Part shown: piece after piece, positions 1 through 10,741 of the stretch
Numbering within the stretch: the first letter of the stretch is position 1
Layout of the letters: each line of letters starts with the position of its first letter
From: Geosiphon pyriformis uo1
Lineage: Eukaryota; Fungi; Glomeromycota
Assembly: GCA_016748015.1 (NCBI GenBank)
Contig: JAAOMT010000590.1
Location: 677,912 to 741,911 of the forward strand
DNA length: 64,000 bases
Direction of reading: 5' to 3'
Notes under the pieces: generated by a model
The model's database searches: none
Told to the model about the DNA's origin: nothing
What the model saw: only the letters and a program-made list of their open reading frames with translations
Program-made: the position numbers and the translations under genes

Positions 1-337
1 AATGATAATCAAAAAAAATAACAACAACCCATAACAAATGCCAAAAAAACAGAAATACTATCAATCATACATTATCAATTAAAATATATTCTTAAGATAA
101 TGGATGGAATTGGCCAGATTTGCTTTTAATGCAATAGTAAGATGAAGCAAAAAATGTTAAATTAAAAAAAATGAAAATGTTATTATTGAAAGAAGTTGGT
201 TAAAACCTATAACTTTTCAATAAAAACAACTTCTTTTCAGTTATTTGGTGTGAACGAAAGTTTAGTAAATCTTTTTGAAATCATTTTATGTTACTTTTCT
301 TCACACTTCATCAATATATCAATATCCACATCAATAA

Positions 338-968
338 AAGCCTATTTCCAGTTTAAATAATAATGAACATTCATTATGGTCTTTACATTTTGAAAAAAAG
401 CACAAAAACAACAAATGGCCTTTTCCACACAAAATTACATGTGTTAGCAAACTTACTTATTTTCGGAAAACTAATAAGTGGAAGTTTGCCTGGGTTTATG
501 AGATAGAAAAACAAGTCCACGAAACTCAAGTGGATAAGTTTATTTATGCAGTCTCTATTGATCCTGGCATTCCTATTAAAGGAATAGGTGAAATTGGTCA
601 ACAAGATATTAGACGTATTAATATCAAAAAAGAACAAGTTAATACAATCAATTTCTAAACGCAAAAAGAAGAAAGCTAAAAGACTTGATAAAGCAGAATG
701 AAATTCACAGAAAAGCTATTGCTTTTTTTAACCCATGAATTCGATCCTATCATCCGAAAAATGATTGGCTGGACACATTATCGATTTCGACAATGTTTAA
801 TAGCCAAAGCAGAGGAATTAGGAATTAATGTTATTATCCAAAATGAAGCTTATACGTCCAAGACTTTTAGTTGGTGTGGAAACATCCAAAACATTGGATA
901 TATAAATGTCGAAATTGTAAGACTGTAATGGATAGAGATGAAAATGGCGCTCGGGGAATTTTTTCTTA
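338..968 (+). pseudogene. Fanzor2/TnpB-like (IS607-type) RNA-guided RuvC nuclease relic, C-terminal half, broken by deletions and frameshifts
   Basis: Hand translation across frames: ...KLTYFRKTNKWKFAWVYEIEKQ...AVSIDPGI (RuvC-I D at 560)...GEIGQQDIRRI / KRKKKKAKRLDKA / NEIHRKAIAF / THEFDPII-RKMIGWTHYRFRQCLIAKAEELGINVIIQNEAYTSKTFSWCGNIQNIG / YKCRNCKTVMDRDENGARGIF (Zn ribbon plus RuvC-III DRDxN). Confidence 0.88.
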
Positions 969-1294
969 ACATTGTTTATTATTGATATATATTATAATCC
1001 ATCCAGTATACTTTTATAACAAAAAAAGTTTAATAATTTACACAAATATTAATATTAATAAATTTGCAGAATGAAACAAAGAGCATTAGGTTTCAAAACG
1101 TTACACAGGGTCTTTATTATCATTCGGTTTAGAAAAATTCAGCTATATATTAGTGTTTTTTGCCGACAAACTACCGGTCGCCGTTAATTACTTGCCTGAC
1201 AACTTTAGACTTTTACGGTCAACCCAGTTGCTGTTTGAAATTTGGCGCGCTGTTGAGCCCTAGTAAAAGGTATCCATTCAAAATTTAAATAAAA

Positions 1295-2862
1295 ATGGAT
1301 CAAGTTTCAAGACGTGTTCACTGTTCAACAACAGCGAATCCCGCAGAGTCGATCAACAAGGAAAAAACAAGCCGTGCTTTTACGAGTACTGGTTTTTGTT
1401 CAGCGCAAAAGAGGGGAAGACTTGACCTACAAGACAGAAAGACTTCACGCGCAAAAACCTCAGGAGACGCGACACCGCCACCAACTCAGAAACAAAAGCA
1501 GAAAAGAGGGTCAAATAAACAGCAAGCAAAAGAACCATCTTTTGATTTCTCTTATAGTACAAAAGCTCCTTCGTTAAAAAATTTTAAAAGTGATCAAAGA
1601 GAGGCTTTCACGGCTACATATCAGTCTTCATCCTCTCAGACTTTGTATAAGAAAAATGAGGACGAACCTGAATGTTATAGTATACCCGCAAGGCGATTAC
1701 AAGAAGTTTCTGATGACTCGGACATTGGTGAGGAAATCATTCAGCCAACACCTGTGGTCGACCGTAAAAGAGTGAATAAGATACTCAAAACTGTGTATGA
1801 TCGTACGGTTACTCCAAACGTAGAAATACTCGAAGATTATAAACGTGAGTACTTTCCTAGCATTTTTTCAACGGATCGATATAAATTAACATATCGCCAA
1901 ATATAATTAAGAAATCCTGCCTTTTGCCTATCAATGATCTTTTACCAACAGCTTGGAGTCCACAGGTGTATGGTGAATTGAAAACAAACTTGGTCCATGA
2001 CCTAATTGAAAAAACCGAGCTAACACAGAATTCCATATTTATTGACTTTGGGTGTGGCGTTGGTAACGTAATCTTGCAAGTTGCTGCTGAAGCTGGTTGC
2101 TCAGTATATGGGATTGAATTGAATCGTGAACGCTACGAAATGGCCATATCACAAATGAATGAGTTTCAACATGCAATGCGGTAAGTTGGAAAATTCAAAA
2201 AAATTTCTTTTAGTTCAATTACATTCTCCTCCCAAGTTTTGAAGAATAGTAATAACTATTCATCACATTCATTCGAGTTCTTTTGAATTAATTTATTATT
2301 GATTTCCAATCCTCACTAAATCAACAATAAACGGGTTTCCTCTTTTCATAGAATGTTTGATATACCGCACGGGGAAGTTACAATCTATCATGCTGATTTT
2401 CTTAACTGTGAACCAATTAACAGCATCCTCTCTAGCCCTCAAAAAATTGTTGTCCTTGTTAATAACTTTATGTTTGAAGAACAAACACGATTGGACCTTC
2501 TACAATTATTCCTCCAACTTGACGACAATAATCAGATTGTTTCTTTGAAATCTTTTCAATTGGGTCGACATAAACTAAATGGCTGGAACTCGGGGGATAT
2601 TGCAAATATTTTACGAGTGAATGAATACTCCTACGGAAAGGGCTGGGTTTCATGGAGTGCTTCCGAAGGAAAATACTACAGTAAAATTTTTAATATTTTT
2701 CTATACTTGTTTCATCAGCTACCACAAATATCAAAATTTGACAATCATTAAAAATCTTTAACAGTCGCTACTGTGGACCGAAGTATTTTGAGGAAATGGG
2801 AAGAAGAACAAAAAAATACTTCAAATCCATATGAAATAAGAACGACTCGATCACGGCATTAA
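1295..2862 (+). CDS. DOT1: DOT1-family histone H3K79 methyltransferase (4 exons: 1295-1844, 1952-2180, 2352-2680, 2765-2862; 401 aa)
   Basis: GT-AG introns give a continuous 1206-nt frame. Motifs VYGE, DFGCGVG (SAM motif I), GIEL, VLVNNF, VSWS..GKYYIATVDRS. The N-terminus is basic and low-complexity. Confidence 0.88.
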
Positions 2863-3760
2863 TGGAATGGTTTTTGCCTTGGCTGGAAATCTGGTTTATC
2901 TTCGAGTAGATTATCTGGGTGAGTTGTTACTGCGATATATCAAACTTATTTGATTTCGGTCAATTTTGAGCTTGGATAAAGATCCGTTGAGTTTGAAATT
3001 TTTTGGAGGTCCAATCGTAACACACATTGTAATCAAGAACTTTGATATTTCGCTCTTTAACATTTTTTCAATTTGTCGCAAAGGTCGAGAGGGCCTTAAA
3101 TAGTGTAAGATATTCGATTAGGTTCCTATGTGAAATTGCACTATTTATTTTTGACAGTTATATTCAAGTTCTTTACATATATATGGCAATCCGAGACTAG
3201 GTTAAAACCAGAACCTTCAAAAAGCTCAGAAAGTTAGAGTCCGAAATATATTCAATTGTAGTTGCCAACTGTAAGGTAGTGATTCATTAAAAAAGCTTCG
3301 GATAATCCTTAAAAAAAAAATCTGTTGTGACGGGAAGTTTAAAAGCTAATAGTTTGATTTAGGTCTCGTACAATTAACCAAAAAAACGCAGCAATTTCAG
3401 ACGTCATGCTATAAAATATAATTATCTAAGATATTATCCAACCATTTGAGGCAGATTATTTATTAGTCACTTGATCTCTATCATAAATTATACAATTGAA
3501 TTTATCAAAGGTTCTTGCGAAAGCGTATTTGCCTGTCGTATTACTTCTATTCGAACCTATCCTGAGAAAATTACAATTTAACCACCACCAAGGCGTAAAC
3601 TAAAGTCGAAAATAATACAATGTAGAGACGAAATATTTGTCAATGGAAAAAGGAGGGGAAGAGGGAAGGATTCGAATATATTTATAATGGTAAAAATCTA
3701 TGCTGATATTTACTTATCCCACAAAAATAATTTGCCATAAATGCTATTATGGCCCATAGT

Positions 3761-5831
3761 TTACCTACTAGGAGCCCAAACCTTCACTGTTTGATCTACT
3801 GACCCAGTCGCTACCACAGGACTACTCGGATTAAATGCGATACATGTGACGAAATGTGCATGTGCTTCGGCAAGAGTTTTTGTGCATCTTCCAGTTTTCA
3901 TATCCCAGACTTTCAAAGTTTTATCATCGGATGCGCTGAGCAAGTACTTTCCAGTAGGATGGAATACTAAACCTCGGACCCAATTGTCATGGCCCACCTA
4001 ATATCATAAGATATGAAGGCTATTTAGCTTTATATGATTAAGTGCGCACAAATTCAAATAAAAATACTTTACCAAGGTCTTAACACATTGTCCAGTAGGA
4101 TCCCATAGTTTAATAGTTTTATCTCTTGAACCAGTCACAACATACTGTGCAGGAAGTGGTTGATCTTTAGCACTAGTTTTTGCCTATCAAATCAAATTTT
4201 AGGTTAAAAGCCATGGAAAATTAACCATTCAATATGAATAATATTATAATCCAAAAAAAGACAGAAATCGAGAGACGTAAACGTACATCTTTTTCCACTC
4301 CTATCAATTCTCTTATGAATGGATATGCAACGATTGGGGCGAAAATTGCACATTCTACGACATGATCATGACCTCGAAATTCCATTTTGCATTCACCAGT
4401 CGATATTTCCCATAAACGAGAAGTCTTTGAATTACAAAGTCGCCAAGGTCAAATTGCCGAATTAATATAATATATACTAAAATAATACTAGGCTTCTACC
4501 TGATCATTCGAGCTAGTCACAAGCCATTTACCATCCTCGCTTGGTGTAACTGATCGTACCCATTCTAAATGACCAGTAAAAGTTTTTATACAATATCTAT
4601 ATATAAATAATTGAATAGATCAATACAAAGTCAAAGTAATCATCGAGATAATCATTGGTGAGTTCAATTACCCTGTAGATAATTCCCATAATTTAATAGT
4701 TTTATCTCGCGATGCCGAAACAAAAATGTCACCAGAAGGCAAAAACGCGACAGAAGATACACTGTGATCATGTCCATGAAAAGTCTTGACACATTTGTAA
4801 TCATTTTGAAGATCCCAAACTTTTATCGTTAAATCTGCTGAACATGAAACTGCAACACAAAGAGATGAAATTATATCGAAAATCACCAATAAGAGCAAAA
4901 AATTAATATCAAAAATCTTACCAAGGAAATTCCCCTTTGGATCAAACGCGATATCCTGAACGGATTTTGTGTGCCCCTTTAGTGTTCTTTCAAAGTCTCC
5001 TGACTCATAATCCCATATTTTTATGGTGGTATCTTCGGATGCGGATGCCAGAACGGAAAACACAGGGTGAAAGGCAACTCGATTCACAGGATTTCGATGT
5101 CCCGTCAAAGTGTGCTTTTCTGGAGCGCGTGGGATAAAATCTACTGCGGCACTTGCCTTCCGGAGGGGTGCATTGTTTAATTCTTCTTGCAATTGTGCAT
5201 TTTTATTCTCTAAATCCATTATCTGTTTAAACACAAAATTTAATATTGAATAAATATAAGACAATTTAGGTGTTTTTTTTTGCCGATGAACATGTAGATA
5301 ATTACAATGTAGGAAATTTAAATCGGATCGGCCTTTATAAAAAGAATGACTCAAATAATCTGTGTAACATTTTAAAATCAGCCTTCATAATAATCCATAG
5401 AAATTTACCTTTTTTTGAAGTCGGATAACTGAGGTCCATTTCTTTTCCAAGAGACCAGCATACTTTTGCTTTGGATCTGGGTTAAAGTCATCTTGACTCG
5501 CTTCTGCTTTCAGTGTGTTAAAGGATTCTGAAAAACCGTTAGCCAAAAGATAATCAAGGATGGCTTTGTGACTATTATTGTTGAGAAAAGGTATTATAGG
5601 TAAGTTGAAATGAAATGAGGAACTAATGATTTCATTAATTTTTTAAATAAAAATATGAATCACTATTTTTTAAATCACAAAATGCTTTGACCATTCTGGT
5701 TTCACCATGTTTGCATTCAAAAAGGGTATTTGTTATAAATGTATTATTTTGACAAGCGATTTCTCTTATTCGTGAAGCCTCCAAAGTACTTACAGCTCGT
5801 CCCTTTGGCGATCTGATAATATGGTGGACAT
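3761..5831 (-). CDS. PAC1: LIS1/NudF/Pac1 dynein regulator (LisH, coiled coil, WD40 repeats), multi-exon
   Basis: N-terminus [13 protein letters not shown]...ILDYL; [15 protein letters not shown]; [47 protein letters not shown]; [13 protein letters not shown]; ends SVDQTVKVW. Canonical GT-AG introns. Confidence 0.96.
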
Positions 5832-6602
5832 GACAAGTGTATGGGACGAGAGATGGAGATTATTTCAGAAATGGGTGTCAGAGTGTTTAACACTTAATGG
5901 TTTTCTCTGCGGGCAGGATAATACTTGGCGCCCCTTTTTACATAAATGATAAAGATTTACCCCTACCAGTTATCTGGAACTGATCTTAAAATCTTGTTGG
6001 GGATTTTCAGATTGCTACAAGATCATACCAATTTAACGATGATAAAACTGCATAGAATCCAACTAGAGTATTACAATATACTCATCGAACTTGTCAAAGA
6101 CAATTGTCACCTCTCAATTATGAATTATGAATATGGATTACTTGAATTATTTATTATTCACTGGGGATTTTGCATGATAAAGCGTGGCATCATAACATTT
6201 GTTCAGGGCGAAAACCCAAAATTGGAAAAGTGTTGGGCAAGTTCTTTCTTACTTTAACGTTGGCACGGATTCATCTGTTCATGATAAAACGCCTGTAAAA
6301 TTACCAAATTTAGTCATGCGATTGAAGTAATATGTACCTCTATACAGATGGTATTACCCTATGATGAATCAGGGACTTTTGTCACAATATGTTTAACCTA
6401 TACTTTTGTTCTGACAGTATTCATTTAAATGAGCTGCTGCTTGTAAAGGAAACCTTTATTCTTTGTTCTATTGTTTTTTAGAGTTTTGGATTTTGTTAAT
6501 TTTGTCAAGTATTTTAAATTTAAGACCTTTTCGATATAGGGCAATGTAGAGAATAATGAAGGTTGCTGACAATTAATTTCTATCATTGTAATGAATTTTC
6601 GC

Positions 6603-8280
6603 TTATTGGTCAAACAACAAATATCTTATCAATTCCGCGACTACGCGGACGTTTATACTGTTTCCAAGAAGACGATATCTTTGCTTCAAGCTAATCGAAT
6701 CAGGAAATGCAAATTCTTTGGGGAATCCCATTAAAGACGCGACTTCACGCTCAGTAAAATATCTTAATCTGAGAGGCGAAAAACAATCAATTGAAGATGA
6801 GGATGTTGCCTCTTGGAAAACTTGAGTTGTCTAATAATTAAGCAAAATATTTCTTAAAAAAAAGGATTACAAATTAAAAAATAAAAAACATAAAATTCTT
6901 ACGTCTACTTCTTCAGCCATCTGGAGAATTGATCCTGTTGCCTCAACGTAATGATGATAACCTAAAATAATGGATTAGATTCCAAGATCAGACCACAGAA
7001 ATATGACCTGATTCTAATTAATTCGTTTTATAGTCACCTTTGGTAAAACAGCAGCTATGAGTTGAAGATGGTTTTACGATGTCTTCCAAGCCAATAAAAA
7101 TCAATATCAATGATATTTTTGCAAACAATCAACTGTGAATTAGTAAAAAGTTTGGATACCAAAAAGTTTTCCATATTTTAACAAGATCTATAATTATCAT
7201 ATACAAGAATCAATTAATGATCTCCGCATGAACAACCAAATCATTTTTTAAACTTTTGAAAAGCATCTCTCACCTTTTTCGGAATTGAATAGCGCTGCTC
7301 TATTACGTTATCACAAAGTTCAACTTCTAAAAACTCTTCCAAACGTTTAATTTGAACTACTGGAGTACAAAAATTGTTCCTGTTTATCCGGTAATCACTT
7401 TCACTCTTGACATTTTGATTTGAAGGTAGAGGAGTCTGATCTAGAAAAGGCCATCTCTTTGCCTTTTTAAAAAGAAAGTTTAGAGATGTAATCTTAGAAG
7501 ATGATCACAACTTTCAAAATTAGATATCAAATTACCAGCATGTAATATCTAAGTCTTGAATTCGGGATCCCCAGTTGTAATGGTGAAATAAAAAATTCCT
7601 GATAATCATACTGACACTCCTGAAGTTTTTTGGTCAGTGTGGTATGGGTATCAGAATCCTAAATGAATTATTCAATATTTTATAATCGATTTGACAACAA
7701 TAACGTGCTAATAAGTAAAACTGAATTAACATCCTGTATATAATACCTCAAAACCTTTCACATTCTCAATCAACACGTACTTGGGAGGATTCTTCATCTC
7801 AGAAAGCAAATTAATTAAGTAAAGGAATGATCTAGAACGAATATCTGCGGAGCCATGGCGCAAACCAATTCTTGTGTATGGTTGACACGGGGGCGACATA
7901 AGCCATATGTCGGCTTTAAGAGTATCATAATATGCTAAAGGCAAAGCCTCGATATTTCGCTTTATCAAGGGATTGAATATAGAATCAAAAACTTAATCAA
8001 AAAGTCAATTAATCAGTTGAGAGATTCCTTTTACCTGTTTAACTGGTGCGTCACTTCCAAAATTATGCAAGTATACATGATTCGCTGTGGTATTAATATC
8101 AAAGGCGGCCGTAATAGTACCACTGTACCCAGATAAATCAAAAGCGTAACGCTAAAAGGTCCACTTTAATAATTATCAGTTGAGTGCTACTCGGCATAAA
8201 ATTTTTGAGTCCCCGAAACATGAAAAGTTCCTAACCATTCCTCCAATCCCAGAATAAAATTCTATCACTCTATAAGTCAT
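6603..8280 (-). CDS. DNMT2: DNMT2/TRDMT1 tRNA (cytosine-38) C5-methyltransferase, multi-exon including a 28-nt micro-exon
   Basis: Motif [16 protein letters not shown], motif [11 protein letters not shown], motif VI ENVKGFE, motif [16 protein letters not shown]2-diagnostic CFTKGY, motifs [19 protein letters not shown]...[10 protein letters not shown]. Confidence 0.94.
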
Positions 8281-8339
8281 GTTTTCACTACTAAAGAGTT
8301 TCGTAGGTTAGCTGCACATTCACTTTCAAGAATTAGCTA

Positions 8340-9969
8340 ATTTGTTTGATTAAAAATTTAACTGTAAAATTTTAATTTTTGCAATTATTTTTTAATTTTT
8401 TAATAATAATAAATTTAATTAAAATATAAAATTATTTAATATATGAAATAATAATTTAATCATTAAGACAAAACCATCAAAGTGTATATTATAAAACAAC
8501 AAACTTAAAATTAAAATTAATAAAAATCTTAACAAACTAACAAATATGTAAAACATTCAAAAAATTTAAATTTTAAAATTATAAATAAAAAACTCAATGG
8601 AATAGTTCTTAAATTCACAACCAAAATAAAAAACAACTATTATTTCTTAAAAAGACAACACTTAAAAAAGTTTTTTTAATAATATAAACAATTAAATAAA
8701 ATATTGTAAAGACATTTTTCTTAAATAATATAAACTTAAAACAGTTATTAAGTATTTTAAAAGCATATATTTTTTTAAAATAAATGTTTTTTTAATTAAA
8801 GTTTTTTTTAAATAACACATTAAAAATAATTCTTATATAATTAAAATTTTTTAACAAAATTACTGTTTTTTGCATTTTTTTTGTTTTTTCTTAAATAAGC
8901 AAAAAAATCAAAATAACCAAAAAACAAATATTAGCTTAAACAACAATAATTTCTTTTGTAATTTTTTTTAAAAATTGCTTTTTAACATTATTTAAAACAT
9001 TAAATTTGTATTTTTTAAGAATTTTAAATTATTTCTGTTAAAAAAATTTTTTTTAATAATATTATTGATAATTTTTATTTTTAATATTTTTTTATTAATT
9101 TTAATATTTAAAAGCTTTTTTTAAAGTAAAAATAGTTAAACAACACATTTTTAAAGTGCTTTTTTAAGTAATATAAAGTTAAAACAGTTTTTGGCTGTTG
9201 TTAAAACACTATTTTTGGCTTTAAATAAGAGTTTTTTATTTAAAAAAATTTTTAAAAAACCAATTAAAATTAGTTTTAATATAATTATAATTATTACAAA
9301 GTTTTAAAAATTTTAACAACAAATAAATAAGAAAGCCACTTTTTTTTATAATTTTTTTTAAGTTTATTTAAATAATCAAAAAAATTTTGGAAACAAAATA
9401 AATTATATTTTTATATGTAATTTAAATAAATTAGCTTACTAAATTATTTAATTCTAAAAATTAATTTAAATAAATAAAAATTAAAATATGTTTTTTTTTG
9501 TTTTTTAATAATATTGTTTTTAATTATGTTTAAAAAATTATTATAAATTAAAAATTAAAATTTTTATTCTAAATTTTTAAATAGATAATTATATTATTTA
9601 AATTAATTAAATTTTAATCTTTGTAATAATTTAAAAATTTGTTGTATTAATATTAAATACAAAAGTTATATTATTAATATTTAAATTTTGTTTTCTTTTT
9701 AAGTTGTTTATTAAATATAAATTACAAAATATTATAGTATAATTAGCAAATTAATTTGTTATTAAGTATAATTTTTTTGTTAATTATATATTTATCTAAA
9801 AATTTGTTATTATTAATAATATAATATAATATAAGTAAATTTAATATTTTTGTTTTATTATTATTATTATTTTTATTAATATTTTTATTTTTGAAAAAAT
9901 TTATTTAATAATAATATTCTCTTTTTTATTGTTATTTATTATTATAATAAAAAATTACTTGTTAACATT

Positions 9970-10003
<34 letters not shown>

Positions 10004-10030
10004 ATTTGTGTTGTTAAAATTAACTTAAAA
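8340..10030. other. Extreme AT-rich block (probable hypermutated repeat remnant)
   Basis: Abrupt shift to roughly 90% A+T by eye, essentially no CpG, no ORF of 60 aa or more; ends near a (TA)n tract. Confidence 0.7.
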
Positions 10031-10741
10031 AGCCATTAGCTTGCTTTTGTAATTTATTGAATAAAAGAACTGATTAAAAAGCATAACAATACTTGTTATT
10101 GATTCTAAAAATTGCCAAGTAAGACATAAAATAATAAACAGCGTTATCTTATAAACTATTTTTTTACCTTCAGATTTTCTTTGAAAAGATTAATAACTGT
10201 AATTTTTATAAAACTGATCATGCTCATTTAATTTATACATATTCAATTTGCTCCCTTTTTAAATTTCTCTTTTGATTATTTCCTATTATCTTCAATAGTC
10301 ATTCCTCTTGCTATCTATTTAGCTTGTTACTCCAACCGTAACAATATTATATCAAATTTATAAAAAATTAAAAATATTCATCAAAATAAAAATTCGCCTA
10401 AATAAAATTGAATTCTTACTCTGGTTAAATTCAAATATTTTATAATCAAAAATTATCTCATTAATTATTTAGCAAGTTCAATTATCACTTTAATCAATTA
10501 TAACTTTTAAAGAACTAGCTCAAAAAAGAGGAAAAAGGTTGAAACTGATTGATATTTCATTATTAAGCAAATCTTTTCATCTGTTCTTGACTAACCTTTT
10601 CGCACTATATCAACAGATAATGTAAAACTTTGGAATTACTAATCAGCAAAAATGTTTAGATGAGATCCAAAATTTTACAATTATAAAAATGGTTGTTCCG
10701 AACTTCTGCAAATTTTCTCACAGCATTAGAATTTTTTCGAC

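Noticed and set aside
5946-6257. 103-aa ORF or kinase-like fragment between PAC1 and DNMT2
   Set aside because: No convincing motif or splice structure; probably promoter/UTR sequence.
6603-8280. This methyltransferase as the RID-like mutator
   Set aside because: The CFT motif and overall layout mark it as DNMT2, established mainly as a tRNA methyltransferase. Proximity to AT blocks is not evidence.
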